From an uncultured Gemmatimonadaceae bacterium (GTDB lineage: Bacteria; Gemmatimonadota; Gemmatimonadetes; Gemmatimonadales; Gemmatimonadaceae), in assembly GCA_963740355.1 (NCBI GenBank), contig CAVUDW010000003.1:224001-288000 (forward strand): 64,000 bases of DNA, given 5' to 3'. The notes under the pieces are model-generated. The model was not told the origin of the DNA. It made no database searches and was given only the letters and a program-made list of their open reading frames with translations. Each line of letters begins with the position of its first letter. Position 1 is the first letter of the stretch. A program made the translations under genes and the position numbers. This document shows, one piece after another, positions 39,906-48,545 of the stretch.

Positions 39906-41616
39906 TCAAGCATCGGCGTAGCAGTGCGTTTCCGCAAGCCCCCCCGGGTGCACCACCGCCCCATAGCGGGCTGGGCTGACCGTCTGCGCATACCGCCAAA
40001 TGGCCCCGGACTGGAAGTCGTGCTGCCGCGGTACCCACGCTGCTTTCCGCTCCGCCAGTTCGGCATCCGTCAATCGCACTGCGAGCGTCCCAGAGTCAGC
40101 ATCGATGTCGATGATGTCTCCGTCGCGCAGCAACCCGATGGGTCCGCCGATGGCCGCTTCCGGCCCGACGTGCCCGATGCACAACCCACGCGTGGCACCA
40201 CTGAAGCGACCGTCGGTGATGAGCGCCACCTGATCGCCCATGCCCTGTCCGTAGATCGCTGAGGTCGTGGACAACATCTCGCGCATCCCAGGACCACCGC
40301 GTGGGCCCTCATAACGAATCACCAGCACATCACCGGCGGCGTAGCGCTTCTCCATCACCGCGGCCATCGCCTCCTCTTCCGACTCGAAGACACGCGCCGG
40401 TCCGCTGAAGACACGCGTGTGAAGGCCCAGCCACCTTCACCACCGCACCGTCGGGCGCGAGGTTGCCGCGCATGCCGACCAGACCGCCGGTGGGCGAAAT
40501 GGCGTTGATCACCGGACGCACGACATCCTGATTCGCTGGCACCACCGTCGTGGCGAGATCTTCCGCAATCGTCTTGCCAGTCACCGTGATGCAGTCACCG
40601 TGAATGAAGCCACCATCCAGCAGCGCCTTCAGCACCACCGACGCGCCGCCGATGTCGTGCACATCCTTCGCCAGGTACCGGCCGCCAGGCTTGAGGTCCG
40701 CGATCAACGGCGTGCGCGCAAACACCTCGGCCACGTCGAAGAGGTCGAACGAGATTCCGGCTTCATGGGCAATGGCTGGCAGGTGCAGCGTGGCGTTGGT
40801 GGAGCCACCTGTTGCTGCGACGACGGCCGCTGCATTCTCGAGCGCCTTGCGGGTGACGATGTCGCGCGGCCGAGGCCCATGTTGCATCAGCCGCATCACC
40901 GCCGCACCACAGGCCTCGGCGTAGCTGTCGCGTGACTCCCACGCCGCTGGCGGGCTAGCTGATCCGGGCAGAGCGAGACCAATTGCTTCCGAGACGTACG
41001 CCATGCTGTTGGCGGTGTACTGCCCACCACAGGAACCGGCACCAGGGCAAGCGACCTTCTCGAGCGCGGTCAATTCTTCGAGCGACATCTTGCCGGCGGC
41101 ATGCTTGCCGACGCCTTCGAAGACATCGAGCACCGTCACATCGCGATCGTGGAAGCGTCCGGGCAGGATCGAGCCGCCGTAGAGGAACACTGACGGTACA
41201 TTGAGCCGCAGCATCGCCATCATCAAACCGGGCAGTGTCTTGTCGCAGCCGGCAATACCGACGAGGCCATCGTAGCAGTGTCCACGCACGGTGAGCTCGA
41301 CGGAATCCGCGATGGTCTCGCGGCTGACGAGCGACGACTTCATCCCGGCATGCCCCATGGCGATGCCGTCGGTGACGGTGATGGTCGTGAACTCCCTCGG
41401 CGTCCCACCGGCGGCGGCCACACCTCGCTTCGCGGCTTCGGCCTGCCGCTTGAGCGCGATGTTGCACGGCGCAGCCTCATTCCAGCTCGACACGACGCCG
41501 ACGATCGGCTGCTGAATCTCCGCCTCGCTCAGCCCCATCGCGTAGTAGAAGGCCCGATGCGGCGCCCGCTCAGGCCCGACGGTCGCGTGACGACTGGGAA
41601 GCTTCGACTTGTCCAT
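39906..41616 (-). pseudogene. ilvD: Dihydroxy-acid dehydratase with +1 frameshift near 40427 (probably an assembly error)
   Basis: N-part has PCN, TDGIAMGH, GCDKT, GSCGGQYTANSM and GGSTN. C-part has [13 protein letters not shown] and TDGRFSG. Removing one G from gctGGGcctt restores [22 protein letters not shown]. Confidence 0.9.
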
Positions 41617-41802
41617 GGCGGTATCGGTTCAGGCGAGGGAAGTGATCGGCCCCCTGATCCTCGCCCCCCCCACCCTCCAGCGCAACCCTCACCCCGCGCG
41701 CGCCATCCTTCGCGCACGCGTTTGCCGATCAAGCTCGCCGCATTCGACGCGAAGTTGCGAGATCCAACGCCAGTCGAGTGCTGCGTGTGCGTTCCGCACC
41801 CA

Positions 41803-42009
41803 CGGTCCACACTCCCTCACGCGGAGTCGCGGAGGACGCGGAGCCGCGGGGAACTGCATTGAGGGCTTCTGCTGATGCGAGATCGTGCGACAGCGCAGAA
41901 CACCGCGACAGCGATCGACAAATGCAAACCTTGAGTGAGCTCTCAGCTGCCGTTGCTCTTCTCCGCGGCTCCGCGTCCCCCGCGGCTCCGCGTGAGGCAG
42001 TGTGGACCG
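41803..42009. repeat. Intergenic element with 51-bp imperfect inverted arms built from CGCGGAG-type units
   Basis: 41803-41853 matches the reverse complement of 41959-42009 at 47/51 positions, around a 105-bp spacer. Confidence 0.85.
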
Positions 42010-42086
42010 AAAGGCGAAAGCGTAGCGTCGCCAGGCATTTGACCACAACGCGCCGCCTACACAGCAACTGCGATCGCCATCCTGAC

Positions 42087-43460
42087 CTAGTTCCCGCCGA
42101 TGGTGACGGAGGCGGGGTCGAGGGTGCCGGTGTAGTAGGACATCAGCGACTGCTGGAAGATCAGGGTGTAGCGGGCGTTCACGAGGGCGCTGGCGGCGGA
42201 GACCTGGGCGGCGCGGGAGACGGAGACTTCCGTCAGGGTGGCCGCGCCAACGCGGTAGCGTTCCTGGACGGCGGACAGTGCGAGGTCGGCGGACCGCTGC
42301 TGCGCGCGCGCTGCGATCAGCTGGTCGACTGCCGATTGGTAGTCGAGGAAGGCGCGACGGACCTCGAGCGCGACCGTCTGACGCTGGCGATCGTTGACCA
42401 GGCGCGCATTCGACAAGCTGATCGACGCCTGTTGCGTTGCGACTTTCGACGCGCCGCGATCGAAGAGCGGGACCGACAACGACAGTCCCAGTGACCCGCC
42501 CTTGCGCTGGTTCAGCTGATCCGAAAAGCTCGCGTCGGTGAGGCTCGTGTACGCCGTGTTGTATCCCGCACTGAGCGAAATGCTCGGCCAGCGAGTGGAG
42601 CTCGACGTCTTCAGTGCTTCGTTGGCGGCGTCCACGCGCAGCTTGGCGGCCGTCAGGTCGGAGCGATCGGTGAACGCGCCCGCCATCAGGCCGTCCAGTG
42701 TCAGCGGGACCGCCGTGCGCGTCGAGTCCACCGCGGGTGCCGCGAAGTCGTACGTCTGCATCGGGTCCAGCTGCAGCGTCTGGATCAGGTCAACCTTTGC
42801 CAGTTCCACGGCGCGACGCGCACTGACGACGCCAGACTGCGCCGTGGCCACCGCCGCTTCCTGCTGGTACTGGTCCGCGATCGAGTTCCGACCGGCCTTC
42901 ACGAACAGCAGCACCTGCTGCAGCTGCTGTTGCTGCGCGATCAGGTTGCCCTCCTGCACGCCCTGCTGCTCCTGCAGCGTGACCAGCGAAAGGAAGTTCG
43001 ATGCCACCGTGAACACCACCGTCTGTCGCGCGCGCGCGAGGTCACTGGCACTGGCACTTTCACTGAAACGCGCCTGCTTCAGCAACGACAGATTCTGGAA
43101 GCCGTTGAAGAGCGTGACGCCAGAGGTGACTCCGGCGTTGAGCGTCTGCGACGTCTGGTTCACCAGACTGCCTGCCGTCTGGTTGAAGCTCTGTCCGATG
43201 TTGCCGGAGGTGCTCGTATTGAGCGCCAGGTTCGGCAGGAACTGGTTGCGCTGCTGCTGCACCGTGACGGCCGTCAGCGCCTTGGCGTTCTCCGCCTGCT
43301 TCAACGTGATGTTCTGCTGCAATGCGATCTTGACGGCGTCGCCGAAGGTAATTCGCTTCGGCACCGGCGCTGTCGCCTGCGCGCCGGCGACTGCAGGCAG
43401 CTGCAGCGCGGCTGCGACGGCCAGCAGCCGCAGGGTGTGCGTGATTGTTCTCGTGTTCAC
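42087..43460 (-). CDS. TolC-family outer membrane efflux protein
   Basis: Signal peptide, AVKIALQQN, two OEP repeats (FLPNLAL, WPSISL, LSVPLFDRG) and ERYRVG. Confidence 0.88.
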   Translation of the reverse strand: MNTRTITHTLRLLAVAAALQLPAVAGAQATAPVPKRITFGDAVKIALQQNITLKQAENAKALTAVTVQQQRNQFLPNLALNTSTSGNIGQSFNQTAGSLVNQTSQTLNAGVTSGVTLFNGFQNLSLLKQARFSESASASDLARARQTVVFTVASNFLSLVTLQEQQGVQEGNLIAQQQQLQQVLLFVKAGRNSIADQYQQEAAVATAQSGVVSARRAVELAKVDLIQTLQLDPMQTYDFAAPAVDSTRTAVPLTLDGLMAGAFTDRSDLTAAKLRVDAANEALKTSSSTRWPSISLSAGYNTAYTSLTDASFSDQLNQRKGGSLGLSLSVPLFDRGASKVATQQASISLSNARLVNDRQRQTVALEVRRAFLDYQSAVDQLIAARAQQRSADLALSAVQERYRVGAATLTEVSVSRAAQVSAASALVNARYTLIFQQSLMSYYTGTLDPASVTIGGN

Positions 43461-43503
43461 GGTATGGACTCCAGGTTGACCAGGACGTGCTGTCGCGCGC
43501 GGA

Positions 43504-44724
43504 TCACTCGTAGCGCAGCGCCTGAATGGGATTCATCGAAGCCGCCTTGCGGGCCGGGTAGTAGCCAAAGAAGACACCGACTGCCGCCGAGAAACCGACC
43601 GCGATCACCACGGCCGACCAGGGCGTCGCGGTGGCCCAGCCAGTGAACTTGCCGAGGATCGCGGCGCCGCCGAGTCCCACCAGCAGGCCGATCACGCCGC
43701 CAAGCACGCTCATCACGATGCTCTCGATCAGGAACTGCGTCAGCACATCCGATCCGCGCGCGCCAATCGCCATGCGAATGCCGATCTCGCGGGTGCGCTC
43801 GGTGACCGACACCAGCATGATGTTCATGATCCCGATGCCACCGACGATCAGCGAGATCGACGCGATGGCCGCCAGCAGTCCAGTCATCACGCTGGTGGTG
43901 CTGGTTGCTGCGGCGGCGATGGCCGTCTGGTCTCGCACGGTGAAGTCGTCGGGCACGTTGCCACCGTTGAGCTGGTGTGCATCGCGCATGATCTGCTTCA
44001 CCTCCTCGATCGCCGCTGGAATCACCTGTGTCGAGGTCGTGCTGCCGAGGATCTGCGCGAGGAAGCTGAAGCCGCTGAGCCGATCCTGCGCGGTGGTGTA
44101 CGGCACCAGCACCACGTCGTCCTGGTCGCTTCCGGACGCAGTCTGCCCCTTCGAGGCCAGCACACCGACCACGGTGAAGGGAGAGCGCCCCAACTGCACC
44201 GAGGCGCCGACGGCATTGCCATCGGGGAAGAGATTGGTCGCCACGGTGCTGCCGAGCACCACCACCTTCTTCTTCGAGCGCACGTCGTCGTCGGAGAAGA
44301 GTTCACCGCTGGTCACGCTCCAGTTGCGGATCGTGAGGTATTCGGTGGAGACACCGTTCACACCCGTGCGCCAGTTCCCTGCCCCGCCGATCACCTGCGT
44401 GCGCGTCACGATCACGGGCGACACCGCGTTGAGCAGCGTGGAGTTGGCCTTGATCTTGTCCGCGTCGGCGATGGTCAGGCGATTGAACGTGCCGGCACCC
44501 TGACTGGCGCCGCCCTGCGCCGTGCTTCCGGCCGTGATGACGATCATGTTCGTACCAAGATTGCCGATCTGCTTCTCGATCTGCGACTGCGCGCCGTTGC
44601 CGATGGCGACCATCACGATCACGGCGCCGACACCGATCACGATGCCGAGCATCGTGAGCATGGTGCGCAGCTTGTTCTTCACGATGCTCTGCGTTGCGAC
44701 CTTGAACAGGGTGGCCTTCTTCAT
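43504..44724 (-). CDS. MacB-like ABC transporter permease
   Basis: RTMLTMLGIVIGV, VGGIGIMNIMLVSVTERTREIGIRMAIGA and YPARKAA..PIQALRYE. Confidence 0.93.
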   Translation of the reverse strand: MKKATLFKVATQSIVKNKLRTMLTMLGIVIGVGAVIVMVAIGNGAQSQIEKQIGNLGTNMIVITAGSTAQGGASQGAGTFNRLTIADADKIKANSTLLNAVSPVIVTRTQVIGGAGNWRTGVNGVSTEYLTIRNWSVTSGELFSDDDVRSKKKVVVLGSTVATNLFPDGNAVGASVQLGRSPFTVVGVLASKGQTASGSDQDDVVLVPYTTAQDRLSGFSFLAQILGSTTSTQVIPAAIEEVKQIMRDAHQLNGGNVPDDFTVRDQTAIAAAATSTTSVMTGLLAAIASISLIVGGIGIMNIMLVSVTERTREIGIRMAIGARGSDVLTQFLIESIVMSVLGGVIGLLVGLGGAAILGKFTGWATATPWSAVVIAVGFSAAVGVFFGYYPARKAASMNPIQALRYE

Positions 44725-45506
44725 GCGATCCCCGCCGGTTCAGTGACTGCCTGCAACGCCGCCAGGTCCGCCGCCGCATTGTGGCGATCGGTGACTGGCG
44801 TGTCCCGGATGATCCGGCCATCGCGCATTTCGACGATCCGCTTCGCGTATTGCGCCACATCCATCTCGTGAGTCACGATGATGATCGTGATGCCCTGCGC
44901 ATTCAGCTCCTGGAAGAGCGCCATCACATCGACCGTGGTCTGGCTGTCGAGGTTACCCGTCGGCTCGTCGGCAAGGAGCAACGTCGGTTGCGTCACGATG
45001 GCCCGCGCAATCGCCACGCGCTGCTGTTGACCTCCTGACAGTTCACTCGGCTCATGATCGAGGCGCGAACCAAGGCCGACGCGGGTCAACGCGGCGGCGG
45101 CCAGCGCGCGGGTGTCCTTCCACCGCGACGCACGATCGTAGAGCAACGGCAGCTCGACATTGTCGAGCGCCGTCGTGCGCGCCAGCAGGTTGAACCCCTG
45201 AAAGACGAACCCCAGCTTCTGGTTGCGCAGGTCGGCCAGCTGATCGCGGCTCATGCCGTTCACCGGGACGCCGTCCAGCACATACGAACCTTCTGACGGC
45301 GTGTCGAGGCAGCCGACGATGTTCATCATCGTCGACTTGCCCGATCCCGACGCACCGATGATCGCGATCATTTCTCCCGGCTGCACGGTGAGATCGACGC
45401 CGCGCATGGCGAGCACCTCGTTGGTGCCCATCACGTAGCGCTTCACGACCTTCGACAGCTGGATGACCGGACCGCCCGGCGCGGGCCGCGGCGACGAGGA
45501 AGCCAT
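44721..45506 (-). CDS. ABC transporter ATP-binding protein (MacB/LolD type)
   Basis: [29 protein letters not shown] and VTHE. Confidence 0.95.
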   Translation of the reverse strand: MASSSPRPAPGGPVIQLSKVVKRYVMGTNEVLAMRGVDLTVQPGEMIAIIGASGSGKSTMMNIVGCLDTPSEGSYVLDGVPVNGMSRDQLADLRNQKLGFVFQGFNLLARTTALDNVELPLLYDRASRWKDTRALAAAALTRVGLGSRLDHEPSELSGGQQQRVAIARAIVTQPTLLLADEPTGNLDSQTTVDVMALFQELNAQGITIIIVTHEMDVAQYAKRIVEMRDGRIIRDTPVTDRHNAAADLAALQAVTEPAGIA

Positions 45507-46828
45507 TAGAAGCCTCCCGGTCCGCGTGGACCGCCCTGACGCTGCGTCTGCTGGAACGGGTTGGCCGCTGCCGCGCCGGCCGCACCTGCGGCACCGGTCG
45601 ACGCACCGACCACCACCTTCATCCCTTCCACCAGTTCCCGCCCGCTGACCTGCGTCTTCTGACCGTCGCTGATGCCGGTCCGCACGCGAATACGTGCCAG
45701 GTGACCGAGCGAATCCATCACCCAGAGCACACCGACGGAATCCGAGGGTGGGCGACGCGGCCGCGGTGCCGCGTTACCGAACGGGGGACCGTTGCCACCC
45801 GACACCGCGGGGGCTGCACCAGGGGTTGCCCCCGGTGGGGTGCCAGCGGCGCCAGGTTCACCCGGACGTCGGGTGGGCGTCAGCAGCGTGCTGTCCTTCC
45901 CCAGCATCTCGGCCGTGGGCGTGAAGCGCAGCGCCGAATTGGCGACCGCGAGCACGTTCTCGGCCTTGCTGGTGAGGAACTTGACGGTGGCGGTCATGCC
46001 TGGCAGCAGCTTGCCGTCGGTGTTCGCCACGGCGAGCACCACTGTGTAGTTCACGACGTTGTCCGTCACTGCCGACAACAGGCGCTTCTGCTTGACTGTG
46101 GCGGGAAAGGTGCGCGTCGGGAATGCAGCCACCGTGAAGGTCGCGGTCTGTCCAACGGCGATCTTGCCGATGTCGCTTTCGTCGACGGACGCGAGGATCT
46201 GCATCTCGGTCAGGCTTTCAGCGATGCGGAAGATTTCCGGCGTCGAGAGACTGGCAGCCACCGTCTGTCCCAGCTCCACGGCGCGCGACACGATCACGCC
46301 GTCGATCGGTGAATGAATCGAGGTGTAGGCGAGATTCTGTCGCGTGCGATCGAGGCTGATCTGCGCCGACTTCACATTCGACTGCGCAAGCCGGTAGGTG
46401 ACCTGGATCGTGGTGAACTCGGTCGCTGTGATGACCTGCGCGTCGTACAGCGTCTTGTTGCGATCGAACTCCGCTTTCGCTTGTGCCAGCTGGGCTTCGG
46501 CGCGATCGAGCGCGGCCTGCGATTCAGCAACCGCTTGCTGCTGCAAGGTCGGATCGATCCGAGCCAGCAGCTGGCCTTTCTTCACCTTGTCGTTGAAATC
46601 GACGTAGAGCGCAGAAACCTGCCCCGAGACCTGCGTGCCAACTTGCACCGTGCGCACGGCGCTCAGCGCACCCGTGGCCGACACGGTCGACTCGAGACTG
46701 GTGCGCTCGAGAGCAGCCGTACGGAATGACGGGGTGCTGCTCGCCTCGGACCGCTTCTGGTACCAGTAGTAGCCCGCACCAGCGACGGCGACCAGCGCTA
46801 CGGCCAGGCCCACGCGCGTCTTGTTCAT
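45506..46828 (-). CDS. MacA-like periplasmic adaptor (membrane fusion protein)
   Basis: N-terminal TM, VGTQVSGQV, VKKGQLLARID, IHSPIDG, VDESDIG and LLPGMTA. Confidence 0.92.
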   Translation of the reverse strand: MNKTRVGLAVALVAVAGAGYYWYQKRSEASSTPSFRTAALERTSLESTVSATGALSAVRTVQVGTQVSGQVSALYVDFNDKVKKGQLLARIDPTLQQQAVAESQAALDRAEAQLAQAKAEFDRNKTLYDAQVITATEFTTIQVTYRLAQSNVKSAQISLDRTRQNLAYTSIHSPIDGVIVSRAVELGQTVAASLSTPEIFRIAESLTEMQILASVDESDIGKIAVGQTATFTVAAFPTRTFPATVKQKRLLSAVTDNVVNYTVVLAVANTDGKLLPGMTATVKFLTSKAENVLAVANSALRFTPTAEMLGKDSTLLTPTRRPGEPGAAGTPPGATPGAAPAVSGGNGPPFGNAAPRPRRPPSDSVGVLWVMDSLGHLARIRVRTGISDGQKTQVSGRELVEGMKVVVGASTGAAGAAGAAAANPFQQTQRQGGPRGPGGF

Positions 46829-47058
46829 GGATTTGTGTGCTCGTGTTGCAGGGGCGTGTTGCAACGCCGCACGGATGCCATCGCGCGGCGTCGTCACAGC
46901 CATCAGGATGCGGTCACAGGGTGTGACGCGCGGCGGTGATGTACATGACTCTCTGTCAGTACCTACACGGCGCCCTGCGGGAGCGTTGGGTGCCTGGGGT
47001 CACGTTCGGGGTCACGCGCGCCATCGCCAGCTCGGTTGCCCGCGCACGGGCCAGCGAG

Positions 47059-48528
47059 CTACCGGGGGCTGTTGGCGTAGGGATAGCCCTTGGCCAACAG
47101 GGCTGTCAGGGTCCGATCGTGGCCGTAGATGTCGTCGTAGAAGAGCACCTCGCCGTCCTCGCGTGCCACCGTGGTGGCGTACACGATGTGAACCGGCACC
47201 GGGCGCGACAGGTTCACCTGATGAGGCGTCGTCTCACGCATCGCGGTCTCGATTGCCGTCGAGTCCCATGCGGGCTGGTCACGGAGCAGGAAACGCGCGA
47301 GCCGCGCCGGTTCGGCAAGCCTGATGCAGCCATGGCTCGCGTCGCGACGCACCCGCGCAAAGATCTGCTGCGCAGGTGTGTCGTGCATGTAGACATTGAA
47401 GTCATTCGGGAAGATGAACTTCACGCGACCGAGCGCGTTGTCCGCACCGGGCCGTTGTCGAATGCGCGCCTGTCCTGCAGCCGCAGCCGACACCGCGCTG
47501 GCAGAGGTGCCCAGCACCCGTCCGCTGTTGCTCACGACCTCATAATGATTTCGTGCGAGGTATCGGCTATCGCGTCGCGCCTTGGGGATGATTTCCTTCC
47601 GCATGATGCTCGGCGGAATATCCCAATACGGCGCAAAGATCAGGTAGCGCATCGCACCACTGAACACCGGGGTCCGATGGTTGTATGCCCGGCCGACCAC
47701 CACATCCATGCTGATCAGGTCCGACTCGCGATCCGTCGTGGCGGTGAACGCATGCAGCCGAAAGGCGGGGATGTTGACGATGATCGGCGGTGGATCGCCG
47801 ATGCTGTGCGGCAACCAGCGCCACCGCTCCAGTGTGAGCACCATACGGGCAATCCGGGACGCCGAGTCGCGTGCCGCCTTGGTCAACGTACCGCCGCCAA
47901 CCTCAACGCGAACGGACGAATCACCCACCGCGGACCGATACCGCGCCAACGCGTCCTTCAGCAAGTGATAGTGCAGGAAGGGAGGCTCAGCCTGATCGAA
48001 CTGCAGCGATGGATTCGCCGAACGCGCCATTGTACGAACTGCTGCAATCACATCGTACACTTCCCTTGGGAAGCCGAGGCTCGCATGCGCCGCCTTGGCC
48101 GACACACGACCGAACCGCAACGAGCGGAGCGCTCGGATTGCGGCCGTACTGAGCATCAGGTCGAACTCCGCTTGCGCCTGCGGCGTCGCAAGCGCACTCG
48201 ATGCCAACTGATTCAGTCGCACCACGTCGTAATCGGACGGGCGCAGGCCTCGTGCCTCGATCATCGACAATTGCTGGATGACCAGCCTGGCTGGTGCCGT
48301 TGCGGTGCCTCCGTCGCTCCAGACGGGCTCGCCCGCGGGCACCGCGTACACGGCACGCAAGTCAGCCGCGACGTCGGTGAGGAGCGGCCATCGCTGCACC
48401 TTGTGCCGACCGGTCGCGACGGTGGAAAGAACGATCTGGTTGATTGGCCCTGGCGGAACAGTCGTCGCAGGGATTTGTGCGTCAAGCGTCGTCCGAGGGC
48501 ACTGGCAACCGAATGCCAGCAGGACCAC
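47059..48528 (-). CDS. L,D-transpeptidase (YcbB/YkuD family)
   Basis: LERWRWLP, VNIPAF, RQRPGADNALGRVKFIFPN, YMHDTP, SHGCIR (catalytic Cys) and DIYGHD. Confidence 0.92.
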   Translation of the reverse strand: MVLLAFGCQCPRTTLDAQIPATTVPPGPINQIVLSTVATGRHKVQRWPLLTDVAADLRAVYAVPAGEPVWSDGGTATAPARLVIQQLSMIEARGLRPSDYDVVRLNQLASSALATPQAQAEFDLMLSTAAIRALRSLRFGRVSAKAAHASLGFPREVYDVIAAVRTMARSANPSLQFDQAEPPFLHYHLLKDALARYRSAVGDSSVRVEVGGGTLTKAARDSASRIARMVLTLERWRWLPHSIGDPPPIIVNIPAFRLHAFTATTDRESDLISMDVVVGRAYNHRTPVFSGAMRYLIFAPYWDIPPSIMRKEIIPKARRDSRYLARNHYEVVSNSGRVLGTSASAVSAAAAGQARIRQRPGADNALGRVKFIFPNDFNVYMHDTPAQQIFARVRRDASHGCIRLAEPARLARFLLRDQPAWDSTAIETAMRETTPHQVNLSRPVPVHIVYATTVAREDGEVLFYDDIYGHDRTLTALLAKGYPYANSPR

Positions 48529-48545
48529 ACCAAAAAATCGCCGTA

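Noticed and set aside
40400..40440. Programmed ribosomal frameshift in ilvD
   Set aside because: No slippery heptamer was seen, and the same run-extension pattern occurs in unrelated genes, which points to assembly error.
41803..42009. CRISPR array or IS element
   Set aside because: Only two inverted arms, with no repeat-spacer series, cas gene or transposase.
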